24,885 bases of DNA from IMG/VR virus record IMGVR_UViG_3300027743_000024; one strand, given 5' to 3'. The stretch is from an uncultured virus (IMG/VR IMGVR_UViG_3300027743_000024) (taxonomy: Duplodnaviria; Heunggongvirae; Uroviricota; Caudoviricetes). Every line of letters starts with the position of its first letter. Positions within the stretch are counted from its first letter, which is position 1. Positions 7,782-17,140 of this stretch are shown here, in pieces. The notes beneath the pieces were generated by a model that saw nothing but the letters and a program-made list of their open reading frames with translations, did no database searches and was not told where the DNA came from. The position numbers were made by a program, and so were the translations under genes.

Positions 7782-8853
7782 AAAAGATTCAAAAGGTAAA
7801 ATTAGAGAATGGACAATATGTACAATTGATGATGAATTAATTCAAAAATCAGGCATTGTTGATGGCAAACTAGTTGAACATAATAAATTATGTAAACCAA
7901 AGAATGTTGGCAAATCTAATTCAACTACAGGAAGTGAGCAGGCTATATCAGAGATGGAATCATTGATTAAGTCTAAATTATCAGAAGGTTATTTTAACAC
8001 TAAAGATGAAGCTGAAAATGAAGTGGTTATTCTCCCAATGTTAGCTAGTGATTATAACAAGTTTTCTAAAAAGATTGATTGGAATAATTGCTATGTTCAA
8101 CCTAAATTAGATGGAATGAGATGTTTGGCTATTATTGAAAATGGTCAAGTTACTTTAAAGTCTAGAGATGGTAAAATAATTGAGAATATGGATCATATAA
8201 TTGAAGCATTAAAAATGATTGAAGATGATTGTATTTTAGATGGAGAATTATATTGTCATGGAAATTCATTTCAAGAGAATATGAGGCTTATTAAAAAATA
8301 TAGAAAAGGAGAAACTGAAAAAGTTCATTATCATGTTTATGATATAGATTCTAATCATGAATTTAAAGAAAGAACTAAAGAAGTTTTTATGTATTTACAT
8401 GATTTAAATAATGAATACATTGATGATGTTGACACTAATGAAGTAAAATCTATAGAAGATGTTGATAAATATCATCAAGAATTTTTATCTCAAGGTTATG
8501 AAGGTTCAATTATTAGACATGGTAATAAACCATATGAATTTGATAAAAGATCTACTAGTCTATTGAAATACAAAGATTTCCAGGATATAGATGCTGAAAT
8601 TATTGATATTACACCAAATGATTCTAATCCATTACATGGAACTCCTTTGTTAAAATATTCAGTTAATAAGCCTTCTGGTGTTTCTATTTCTACATTTAAA
8701 GCAGGAGTTAAAATGTCTCATGAAGAAAGAGTTGATTTATTAGCTAACAAACATTTATATATTGGTAAATTAGCTAACATTAGATTCTTTGAATGGACAG
8801 ATGATGGTAATCCTAGATTTCCAGTTATGATTGGTATTCACTTAGACAGATAA
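7759..8853 (+). CDS. ATP-dependent DNA ligase
   Basis: QPKLDGMR (motif I, KxDG), LDGELY, YEGSIIR, LLKYK and C-terminal PRFPV. Start may be 7762 or 7765. Confidence 0.95.
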   Translation: MMMKTLYKKDSKGKIREWTICTIDDELIQKSGIVDGKLVEHNKLCKPKNVGKSNSTTGSEQAISEMESLIKSKLSEGYFNTKDEAENEVVILPMLASDYNKFSKKIDWNNCYVQPKLDGMRCLAIIENGQVTLKSRDGKIIENMDHIIEALKMIEDDCILDGELYCHGNSFQENMRLIKKYRKGETEKVHYHVYDIDSNHEFKERTKEVFMYLHDLNNEYIDDVDTNEVKSIEDVDKYHQEFLSQGYEGSIIRHGNKPYEFDKRSTSLLKYKDFQDIDAEIIDITPNDSNPLHGTPLLKYSVNKPSGVSISTFKAGVKMSHEERVDLLANKHLYIGKLANIRFFEWTDDGNPRFPVMIGIHLDR

Positions 8854-8862
8854 AATAAAATT

Positions 8863-9948
8863 ATGAGCAAAAGAGATGAAATACAAGAGCGCATCTCTGA
8901 TGAATTCATAGATGCAGGTTTTAAAGGAATAATACTTGCTGCTCCTAGAAGTGGGAAAATTAGAATTACACTTAATTGTCTTAATACAAAAGATAATGTC
9001 ATGATAGCTTACCCAGAAACTTCTATTAAAAACAGTTGGCAGACTGATATAAAGAAGTGGAAATTTAAAGGTAAAAAGGTCAAATATACAACATATATGT
9101 CATTTAAGAAATTAAAAGACAAATGTGATGTATTGGTATTAGACGAGGTTCATTTAATATCCTCAGCACAAATGAAATGTATAGCTGAATATATCAATAA
9201 ACATGATATAAGCAAGGTTATAGGCCTGACTGGCACATTGTCTGAAGATACAGAAAAGGATCTCTTAGATGTTCTAAAATTACGTGTTTTAGTTGAGTAT
9301 CCAATTGAAAAAGCTATTGAAGATGGTGTAATTACAGATTATAGAATAGAGGTTAGAAGTGTTGATTTATCAACTGATAGAAATATCAAAGTGAAGTGGA
9401 AGGGTGGAGAGTTTCTAACTTCTGAAAAAAGCAGTTTTGATTATATTAGTTCAAAGATAAATCAAGAGCAAAGTCCTATCAAAAGGAAGATGCTTAGATT
9501 GCAGAGAATGAATATGATTAAGAAGTCTAAGTCTAAAATTGAACTTACTAAAAAGATTATTAAAGAATCTGAAGATAAGAGAATTTTAGTATTCACTGGA
9601 CTAATAGATGTTGCTGATAGCCTTGGAATTGATAGTTATCATTCTAAGAGCACTAACAAGTCAACTGCAGATGATTTTATGTCTGGAATTACAAGCAAGC
9701 TTGCTGTTGTAAAACAATTAAATGCAGGAGTCACTTTTAAAAGCCTTAATACAGCAATTATCAATTTCTTTGATAGTAATGCTGAAAATATGGCGCAACG
9801 CATTTCAAGAATTACATGCATGGAATATGATACACCAAACAAGATTGCACATGTTATAATAGTTTGTAGTACAGAAGAACAAGAAAGGGTTTGGTTAAAT
9901 AAAGCATTGTCTTTTTTTGATCCAAACAAAATTAAATTCATAAACTAA
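8863..9948 (+). CDS. Superfamily 2 (DExH) helicase-like protein
   Basis: APRSGKIR Walker A-like, LDEVH, GLTGT motif III, LNAGVT motif V, QRISR motif VI-like. Confidence 0.85.
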   Translation: MSKRDEIQERISDEFIDAGFKGIILAAPRSGKIRITLNCLNTKDNVMIAYPETSIKNSWQTDIKKWKFKGKKVKYTTYMSFKKLKDKCDVLVLDEVHLISSAQMKCIAEYINKHDISKVIGLTGTLSEDTEKDLLDVLKLRVLVEYPIEKAIEDGVITDYRIEVRSVDLSTDRNIKVKWKGGEFLTSEKSSFDYISSKINQEQSPIKRKMLRLQRMNMIKKSKSKIELTKKIIKESEDKRILVFTGLIDVADSLGIDSYHSKSTNKSTADDFMSGITSKLAVVKQLNAGVTFKSLNTAIINFFDSNAENMAQRISRITCMEYDTPNKIAHVIIVCSTEEQERVWLNKALSFFDPNKIKFIN

Positions 9949-9959
9949 ATTCAAATTAT

Positions 9960-10169
9960 ATGGTAGTAGAAAACTTAGATGAATTACAATTGTACATTAA
10001 TTTGCTTGAATCACAAAACAAGGCTAAATATAAAAATTATGATGCCATTGTTAAAGATTTAAGCTATGAATTTGGAATTAATATTACTAATGAACAACTC
10101 AATAAATTGTATTCACAAACAATTGAAGAACATATTGAGGATTTGAGAATGGTTTATGATAGATTATAA
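9960..10169 (+). CDS. Hypothetical small acidic protein
   Basis: 69-aa ORF that fills the gap in the operon. Confidence 0.65.
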   Translation: MVVENLDELQLYINLLESQNKAKYKNYDAIVKDLSYEFGINITNEQLNKLYSQTIEEHIEDLRMVYDRL

Positions 10170-10172
10170 TAA

Positions 10173-10787
10173 ATGGAAGTTAATATTGAAAAGTTGATTG
10201 AGCTCAAGCTTAGTCTAGAGGGCTATTTTGTGTTATGGAGTTTGTATAATGAAAAAGGAGAGTGCTTAGATAGATATTGTAGAAGTTCTATACACAAAAT
10301 ACCCACTAGAGTTTTTGAGCAATTAGTTGATGAGAAATATATTGATTTTAAGGGTGACAAAGATTTCACATTAAGCAATATGACATTGACTGATAGATTT
10401 AAATTAGAAGTTCTTGGATTGAAAGATTTGAAGGCAACTAGTTTTGATGTTGCTTTTCAACAATTAAGAGAATGTTATCCTACAAAAACACCAAGTGACA
10501 GAAGGCTACATCAAGATGTAGACAGATGTAAAAGACTATATAGAAATATAATATGTCCACTTGGTATTGTTGATGAGGAATTGCATTCTGTTATATTACA
10601 ATGCATTAACTACATAGTTAACCAAGCTACAAAGGCAAAGAAGTTGGATTATTTGCAGATGCTTCCAACATTTTTGTCTCAAAAGAATTGGGAAACTGTT
10701 AAAGATGATGTTGAAGCATTGATTTTAAAAAATGGATTTGTTGATAAAAAGAATTTAGATTTAGGAGGGTTTATGGATGATGTATAA
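10173..10787 (+). CDS. Putative replication initiator or helicase loader-like protein
   Basis: FQQLRECYPTK...YLQMLPTFLSQKNWE resembles the F..FW..YP.K...Y......T.LNQ..WE domain of phage replisome organisers; lies just upstream of DnaB. Confidence 0.5.
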   Translation: MEVNIEKLIELKLSLEGYFVLWSLYNEKGECLDRYCRSSIHKIPTRVFEQLVDEKYIDFKGDKDFTLSNMTLTDRFKLEVLGLKDLKATSFDVAFQQLRECYPTKTPSDRRLHQDVDRCKRLYRNIICPLGIVDEELHSVILQCINYIVNQATKAKKLDYLQMLPTFLSQKNWETVKDDVEALILKNGFVDKKNLDLGGFMDDV

Positions 10788-10998
10788 AGTTTTAAATAAT
10801 ACAGATGGAATATCTTTATTTGATATTATGGAGTTTTCTGAAAATAAAAACCTTGCTATTAAAATTTTTAATGATTCATATGAATGGTATGGAGAAAGAG
10901 ATATTAATGGAGTTTGTATATATAATGATATTATATACATAAATTTTGGAGGTATATTTGATGATAATGATGTAAAAAATTTAATAGAAAATGTATAA
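10777..10998 (+). CDS. Hypothetical protein
   Basis: 73-aa ORF overlapping both neighbours. Confidence 0.55.
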   Translation: MMYKVLNNTDGISLFDIMEFSENKNLAIKIFNDSYEWYGERDINGVCIYNDIIYINFGGIFDDNDVKNLIENV

Positions 10999-12049
10999 AG
11001 ATGTATTAAGGAGTAATATTGATAGTGGTAGACTTGGCTTAAATAAGGGATTGCCTCATGGCTTCAACAGACTTGTAGAGTTTTTACCAGGTATACAACA
11101 AAGTACATACTATCTGATTGGCGCAGAATCATCTGTTGGTAAATCAGCCTTTGTCAATAATTCATTTGTGTTTAATCCTATAGATTGGTATATTGCAAAT
11201 AAGAATAATACAGATGTAAAATTAAAAATACATTATTATTCATTTGAGATATCCAAAGAAATGATGCTATATAAAGCGGTGTGTAGAAAGATTTGGATGG
11301 AGTATGGAATATTGCTTGATATAAATTATGTCTTATCTAGGGGTAAATATAGATTATCACAAGAACATTATGATTTAGTTATTAAAAGCTTGGATTATTT
11401 TGATGAGATGGAAGATATTTTATATATACAAGACATACCAGAGAATCCTACAGGGATTTGGCATAAAGAATTAAAATATGCTGCAAATAATGGTAAAGGC
11501 TTAGTTGATTATAAATTAGAGGGAGATTATACTCCTAATGACCCAAATCTATATACATTAATTGTTGTAGATCATATTAGTTTGATTAAAAAGGAGAGAG
11601 GTTTTAATACTAAAGACCTTATTGACAAGTTATCTGAATATATGATTATATTGCGTAATAAGCTTAAATTCACTCCAGTTATTATCCAGCAGCTAAATAG
11701 AGCAGGTAATGATCCAACTAGGATTAAAATGGATAGAATGGAGCCAATGTTAAGTGATTTCAAGGATTCAGGTAATACAGTTAATGACAGCAATGTTTGT
11801 TTGTCATTATTTAGTCCAATGAGATATGAAATGGAGCAGCATAGGGGATATAAGATTAATCCAAAAGATGGTGGACTAGGTTCCAGATATAGAAGTTTGC
11901 AGATTTTGAAGAACAGAGATGGTGAGGCAGACAAAACTATTGGTATGGAATTTATAGGTGAAGTTGGTGCTTTTAGTGAGCTTAAAAAGAATAGTGACAT
12001 GACAGATGCAGAATATGCAAGAATAAATAAAATTAAAAAGAGTTTTTAA
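10991..12049 (+). CDS. dnaB: DnaB-like (SF4) replicative helicase
   Basis: GAESSVGKS Walker A, YSFEI, IVVDHI Walker B, QQLNR, DFKDSG, ILKNRDG. Confidence 0.92.
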   Translation: MYKDVLRSNIDSGRLGLNKGLPHGFNRLVEFLPGIQQSTYYLIGAESSVGKSAFVNNSFVFNPIDWYIANKNNTDVKLKIHYYSFEISKEMMLYKAVCRKIWMEYGILLDINYVLSRGKYRLSQEHYDLVIKSLDYFDEMEDILYIQDIPENPTGIWHKELKYAANNGKGLVDYKLEGDYTPNDPNLYTLIVVDHISLIKKERGFNTKDLIDKLSEYMIILRNKLKFTPVIIQQLNRAGNDPTRIKMDRMEPMLSDFKDSGNTVNDSNVCLSLFSPMRYEMEQHRGYKINPKDGGLGSRYRSLQILKNRDGEADKTIGMEFIGEVGAFSELKKNSDMTDAEYARINKIKKSF

Positions 12050-12723
12050 TGGGTAAAATGATTTTAGTAATTGGAGATCCAGGTTCTGGTAAATCCACAG
12101 CAATTGAAACTTTAGATCCATCATCTACTGTTATTGTAAAGCCTAATAATAAAGCTTTACCATTCAGAGGTGGTGCAGTTAAATACAGTGCTGAATTAAA
12201 CAATGTTGTAATAGCAAAAGAATTCAAAGAATTAGAAGGAGTTTTGACTGGTATTAATAATAGTACATCTGGTAAGATTAAAACTATTATTGTAGAGGAT
12301 TTAACTCACTATTTTTCTCATAGAGTTATGAAAGATGCTAAAACAAGTGGTTTTCAGAAGTGGACAGATATGGCCCTTGATTGCTTTAATTCATTGATTA
12401 AGTTTGAGTCAAATTTAAGAGATGATTTAAGTGTAATTGTAATTGGTCATACAGATAGATCAACTGATTCACTCGGTAATACAATTATTAGTTTACAAAC
12501 TCCAGGTAAATTGTTAGAGAATAATATTAAGATTCCTTCTTATTTCACTTACATGTTGCACACTGATGTAATTGAAGTGAATAATAAAATGGAATACAGA
12601 TTCCTGACTAATTTTGATGGAACAAAAGTGGCTAAAACGCCAAAAGATTGCTTTCCTAAGTATATTCCAAATGATTATGCTTTAGTGTTAGAAACAATAG
12701 ATAAATATCAAAAAGGAGAATAA
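12049..12723 (+). CDS. AAA_24 / Sak4-like phage P-loop ATPase
   Basis: GDPGSGKS, IIVED, VIGH and terminal AKTP; followed by the SSB-like gene, as in typical recombination modules. Confidence 0.8.
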   Translation: MGKMILVIGDPGSGKSTAIETLDPSSTVIVKPNNKALPFRGGAVKYSAELNNVVIAKEFKELEGVLTGINNSTSGKIKTIIVEDLTHYFSHRVMKDAKTSGFQKWTDMALDCFNSLIKFESNLRDDLSVIVIGHTDRSTDSLGNTIISLQTPGKLLENNIKIPSYFTYMLHTDVIEVNNKMEYRFLTNFDGTKVAKTPKDCFPKYIPNDYALVLETIDKYQKGE

Positions 12724-12724
12724 T

Positions 12725-12964
12725 ATGAGACAGATTAGTATGAAAGAATTCACAGAAGATGTGAATAATATGATGCCTAAAGGAGAATTAATTAAAAAAT
12801 ATGGTATTAGTGCAGACAATGTTAAGAAAATTGCTAGACAATTGGGATTGACTATTAAACGTGCTACTAAGCCTAAGTTTGAATTAATAATGGATCTTGA
12901 AGAAACAATTACACAAGCTCCTCAACAACAAGAAAATGAACAAGTTTTGAATACAATTCAATAA
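12725..12964 (+). CDS. Small HTH-like hypothetical protein
   Basis: ELIKKYGISADNVKKIARQLGL resembles a helix-turn-helix. Confidence 0.55.
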   Translation: MRQISMKEFTEDVNNMMPKGELIKKYGISADNVKKIARQLGLTIKRATKPKFELIMDLEETITQAPQQQENEQVLNTIQ

Positions 12965-12996
12965 CAACCAATAATAAACTTTAAATATAATAAGAA

Positions 12997-13575
12997 ATGG
13001 AATTAAATTTTAATGATGCAGCAATTAGTACAGGATCTACAAGTAATTATATGGAACCAGGTAACCATATTGTTAAAGTGACTAAAGTGGAGAAAGGATT
13101 AAGCTCTAAAGCTCAATCTCCATATGTTGAAATCACTGTAACAAATGAAAAAGGTGCTACATGTGCTCAACAATATTATTTGAACACAGCAGTTGCTGAA
13201 GGTAAAAAGCAATCAGCTTGGAATATCTCTTCATCTGCAATTCTTACAATTGTTGCTGCTGCAAATAATACTGATGAGGCTGGTGCTAAATCTAAACTTG
13301 CTGGCTTAAATGGAGAAAACATTGATGCTAAATTAGCAACATTGCTAGTTGGTAAACCATTTGCAATGACATTGAATGGTAAATGGATTAACCCAGAAGA
13401 TACAGCTAAGAAATCTTGGATTAAAGCTGAATTTGGTTCATATTTATTTGCTGTACCAGTTGATAAATTTGACAAGCTTTCTAAGAAAGTTTATGTTAAA
13501 GGTGAGGATTTGTCTGTTAGCAATAGCAGCAACTCTCATGTTGAAGTTTCTACACCAAGCACAACAGTTTGGTAG
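12997..13575 (+). CDS. Putative single-stranded DNA-binding protein (DUF669-like)
   Basis: EPGNHIVKVTKVE...S....PYVEITV pattern; low-complexity tail ending in W; positioned between the AAA_24 ATPase and primase. Confidence 0.6.
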   Translation: MELNFNDAAISTGSTSNYMEPGNHIVKVTKVEKGLSSKAQSPYVEITVTNEKGATCAQQYYLNTAVAEGKKQSAWNISSSAILTIVAAANNTDEAGAKSKLAGLNGENIDAKLATLLVGKPFAMTLNGKWINPEDTAKKSWIKAEFGSYLFAVPVDKFDKLSKKVYVKGEDLSVSNSSNSHVEVSTPSTTVW

Positions 13576-13584
13576 TAATTAATT

Positions 13585-13629
13585 AAGGGCAACTGCCATT
13601 CTGTTTTATGCAGAGTGGCAGACCCTTTT
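13585..13629 (+). terminator. Intrinsic terminator or attenuator-like hairpin after the SSB-like gene
   Basis: CTGCCATTCTG(13593-603)/CAGAGTGGCAG(13611-21), extended by AAGGG/CCCTT, then a short T run. Confidence 0.65.
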
Positions 13630-13641
13630 ATATACTAATAC

Positions 13642-14649
13642 ATGGATTTAAATTTTGAAGATGCTAATATATCAATTACTTCTAATGAAATATTATCTAA
13701 GATTAGTGAGTTGGATATATTTAAAAAATATATTAATAATTTCAAAGATGTCAATAAAAGCTTTTGTTCTGAATTAAGAGAGGATAAGCATCCAAGTTGT
13801 AGAATTTATACTAATGAGTATAATACTATTAGGTATAAAGATTTTTCAAATGGAGATAATTTTGATTGCTGGAATTATGTTATGAATAAATTTAATTGTA
13901 ATTATTATGAGTGTCTGAATATTATATCTAATGATTTTAATATTAAAAATATTGTTTTTGATATAAATCCAAGAGTTTTAGTTCTTAATGATGATTTACA
14001 AATTCATTCTTTAATGAATCCTAAAAATAAATCTAAAATTGAAATTATAAGACAAAATTGGACTGGTGTTGATTATGATTTTTGGAATCAATATTTAATT
14101 ACTTTTGAAATGCTTGATTTTTATAATGTTGTTTCTGCTAAAAATGTAATATTATATAAAAATGACAAAAGATGGATATTTAATTATACTAAAACATCTC
14201 CTAAGTATGGTTATATTTTTAAGAATAGCACCAAAGCTTATGCTCCAAATGAACTTGGAATTGGTAAGTGGATGTATGATGGCAATAGTGATAATGTAGA
14301 AGGCTTAGATCAATTAGATATGTTTGGAGAATTAGTTATTATAACTAAAAGTCTAAAAGATGTTATGGATTACAGAATGATTGGTATGAATTCTATAGCA
14401 TTACCAAGTGAAACTTCCAAACTTAAAAAATCTGTAGCTGATGATTTATTATTAAGATTTGACAATATAGTTGTTAATTTTGATTTTGATAGGCAAGGAA
14501 TTGAAAGTACAAAAAAGATTGTCAATGAATATGGTTTTAATCATTTCTATGTTGATGATGAAAAGGATCTGAGTGATTGGATCAAGAAAAACAAGTCTCT
14601 TAATGGGGCTAAAAAAATGATATATGGAAAGATTAAGAATTTCATTTGA
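13642..14649 (+). CDS. DNA primase (Toprim), crAss-like type
   Basis: N-terminal CSELREDKHPSC...KDFSNG zinc-binding-like region; Toprim IITKSLKD and NFDFD..G; C-terminal KDLSDW. Confidence 0.85.
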   Translation: MDLNFEDANISITSNEILSKISELDIFKKYINNFKDVNKSFCSELREDKHPSCRIYTNEYNTIRYKDFSNGDNFDCWNYVMNKFNCNYYECLNIISNDFNIKNIVFDINPRVLVLNDDLQIHSLMNPKNKSKIEIIRQNWTGVDYDFWNQYLITFEMLDFYNVVSAKNVILYKNDKRWIFNYTKTSPKYGYIFKNSTKAYAPNELGIGKWMYDGNSDNVEGLDQLDMFGELVIITKSLKDVMDYRMIGMNSIALPSETSKLKKSVADDLLLRFDNIVVNFDFDRQGIESTKKIVNEYGFNHFYVDDEKDLSDWIKKNKSLNGAKKMIYGKIKNFI

Positions 14650-15037
14650 TCCTGATGGACCATGGGTTTATAAATCATATAGAGATGTTCTTCAAGCAAT
14701 GATGTGGGAAGAAGCTAAATATGAACTATATTTAATAACAAAGGATGACACTGGTGAGCCTTTAGAAATTGCAGCACAATTAGGCATTAACCCAGCAAAT
14801 GTTTTTTATGGGATTATTGATAATGATGCAATTGTAGTACAATTAAATGATAGTAAAATAAAAATATATTTAACACCAATAATGGAGGTTTTTACATTAA
14901 CTAATGAAACAAGTGTTGATACAGTTGCAATATTAGTTGATAGTAAACAGGATATATATAACATACAGCCAAAATGGTTTCAACAACTAAAGTTTTGGGT
15001 AAATAGATTATATAGTGGGCAAGAAAAAGAGTGTTAA
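14624..15037 (+). CDS. HAD-superfamily-like protein, possibly catalytically degenerate
   Basis: ISFDPDG motif I-like and LYLITK motif II-like; no clear acidic motif IV. Confidence 0.5.
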   Translation: MERLRISFDPDGPWVYKSYRDVLQAMMWEEAKYELYLITKDDTGEPLEIAAQLGINPANVFYGIIDNDAIVVQLNDSKIKIYLTPIMEVFTLTNETSVDTVAILVDSKQDIYNIQPKWFQQLKFWVNRLYSGQEKEC

Positions 15038-15443
15038 GAAAGTTCCAGTGGCAAAACCAAGGAATAGTGGTACAATGACAGAAAGTGCATTTTGGAGCTT
15101 TATAAGGAGTGCTCTTAGACAAAAGAGTAGATGGTGGAAACCAATTAGTGAGTGTAAGAGCTTGTCTAAAAGACCATATAAAGGGCCCAATAAAAGACAG
15201 AAGTTTGAGTATCAATGTTTTGAATGTAAGAAATGGCATCCTGACAAGAATATTGCTATTGATCATATTAAGCCTGCTGGAAAATTAAATTGTGCAGAAG
15301 ACTTACCTCTATTTGTAACAAAACTATTTTGTGAGATTGACAACTTACAAGTGTTATGTGAACAATGTCATTTGGTAAAAACTGCATTAGACAAAGAAAG
15401 CATTAAACAATCAAAATTAATTGAAAATGGGAAAACAGACTAA
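15015..15443 (+). CDS. HNH endonuclease
   Basis: YQCFEC...IDHIKP...NLQVLCEQCH..KT. Confidence 0.88.
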   Translation: MGKKKSVKKVPVAKPRNSGTMTESAFWSFIRSALRQKSRWWKPISECKSLSKRPYKGPNKRQKFEYQCFECKKWHPDKNIAIDHIKPAGKLNCAEDLPLFVTKLFCEIDNLQVLCEQCHLVKTALDKESIKQSKLIENGKTD

Positions 15444-15888
15444 AATATTTATTATTTCTTTTGTATTAACATTTGTTAGTTTATCTTTTGTTCAAGATAT
15501 TGCTTGTAATGATGTTAGTTCAAATTATAATTTAAAAGCTGTTGATACAACTGCTTCTGCAGATGGTTTTGATTTTAATCATAAATCAGTTTATAATATG
15601 ATTCTTATTGCTGAAATTGATCATCCTAAAATTGTTCTTAAGCAATCTATATGTGAGACAGGTCATTTTAAATCAAATGTATTGAAGAAGAATAACAACT
15701 TATTTGGTTTCCATAATGGAAAAGAATATTTGAAATTTGATTCATTATTTGATTGCTGTATTTATTATAAGAATTGGCAAGACAGACATTATGGTGGAGG
15801 TGATTATTATTTATTTTTAGATAAATTTAAATATGCTGCTGATACAAATTACGTTAACACATTAAAAAAAATAAGGATAAATGTATAA
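15427..15888 (+). CDS. Glucosaminidase (GH73-like) peptidoglycan hydrolase with N-terminal hydrophobic segment
   Basis: QSICETGHF, NNLFG and YAADTNY motifs; IFIISFVLTFVSLSF signal or TM segment. ATG 15427 preferred over TTG 15421. Confidence 0.8.
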   Translation: MGKQTKIFIISFVLTFVSLSFVQDIACNDVSSNYNLKAVDTTASADGFDFNHKSVYNMILIAEIDHPKIVLKQSICETGHFKSNVLKKNNNLFGFHNGKEYLKFDSLFDCCIYYKNWQDRHYGGGDYYLFLDKFKYAADTNYVNTLKKIRINV

Positions 15889-16054
15889 AGTTCCATCAGA
15901 AGTTTTAGAAATGTTTAGAGATCAGTTGAAGATAACAGGTGATATGCTTGACATTGAACATAAAGGAGGTAAAATACGTCCTATAGATGTTAGTGAAATA
16001 TTAATGAACAATACTAAATTATTACAACTAATAAAAGATAATTATGGAATATGA
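15881..16054 (+). CDS. Hypothetical 57-aa protein (not in the ORF track)
   Basis: MYKVPSEVLEMFRDQLKITG...KDNYGI*; overlaps both neighbours and fills the gap. Confidence 0.65.
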   Translation: MYKVPSEVLEMFRDQLKITGDMLDIEHKGGKIRPIDVSEILMNNTKLLQLIKDNYGI

Positions 16055-16334
16055 CAGAATAATATATGATTTAAAAAAAGAAAAAGAGCTTTCTAAGCTT
16101 GGTTTTAAAAAGTGTTGGTTTAGTGATAAATCTGGTTATTGGTTTGAAAAAAAAGTTAAATACAAAGATTTTAAACTTCAATTTATTTGTGAAACAGATA
16201 GAAATTTATTTTTAATGTCAGCAAAAACATTTTCATATTATAGTAATAAAATGAATTCACCTAGTTATGAAGATATTAAGAAGTTTAAATGTGATTTAAA
16301 AACAATAAAACAAACTCTAAATAAATATAAATGA
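16044..16334 (+). CDS. Hypothetical basic protein
   Basis: 96-aa ORF overlapping both neighbours. Confidence 0.65.
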   Translation: MEYDRIIYDLKKEKELSKLGFKKCWFSDKSGYWFEKKVKYKDFKLQFICETDRNLFLMSAKTFSYYSNKMNSPSYEDIKKFKCDLKTIKQTLNKYK

Positions 16335-17140
16335 AGATAGCTGTAATAGATTTAGATTCTATAGCATTTACAATTGGTCATCCAAACAAACAATTAGATG
16401 GTGATGGTAATCCAATGAGAACTGATGATGACAGCAAGTTTCTTTATATTGATAAAACAGATGAAGAGTTAATTGATGCAGCTGATAGTGTTATGTCAGC
16501 AATTATTATGAAAGGTGGTTTCACCCACTACATAGGATTTATTAAAGGTAGCAAGACTATAGCAGAAAGAAAGGAAATTAACATTGATTACAAAGCTAAT
16601 AGAAATAAAGAATCTCCAGGCTGGTGGGCATTTGTTAAGAAAACTTTAATTGAAAGATGGGGTGCTATTTCTGTAGATAATATGGAAGTTGATGATGCTG
16701 TAAATATAACAAGAATGAAATTGTCTGATAGCTACATTGTTGCTATGGATAAAGATTTGTTGCATTTGCATGGATCTCATTATAATTGGTCAAAAGATGA
16801 ATGGAATATAATTGGTTTTGAAGAAGCATATACTAAGTTTTGGTCAGACATGATTACTGGCCAATCTGGTGACAACATTAAAGGCATTCCTAAGAAAGGT
16901 GCTAAATATGTTGAGAATATGTTATTAGAACAAACAATTATTCCATTTAGAACTAGAGTTTTTGATGAATACATCAAGCATTTTGGTGAATATGAAGGCA
17001 TTAAAGAATTTCATAAGAACTATTCATGCTTAAAGATTAAAGAGACATGTGAAGGATTTGAAATTCCATCACCAATAAAATTTGAAAGAGAGAATATTAA
17101 TGAGCAAGCGCAGAGAGATAAACCAGTTGATTCAATATAA
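16331..17140 (+). CDS. 5'-3' exonuclease / flap endonuclease (T7 gp6 / T5 D15-like)
   Basis: VIDLD, YKANR, EVDDA, MDKDL and H3TH-like GQSGDNIKGIP. Confidence 0.9.
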   Translation: MKIAVIDLDSIAFTIGHPNKQLDGDGNPMRTDDDSKFLYIDKTDEELIDAADSVMSAIIMKGGFTHYIGFIKGSKTIAERKEINIDYKANRNKESPGWWAFVKKTLIERWGAISVDNMEVDDAVNITRMKLSDSYIVAMDKDLLHLHGSHYNWSKDEWNIIGFEEAYTKFWSDMITGQSGDNIKGIPKKGAKYVENMLLEQTIIPFRTRVFDEYIKHFGEYEGIKEFHKNYSCLKIKETCEGFEIPSPIKFERENINEQAQRDKPVDSI

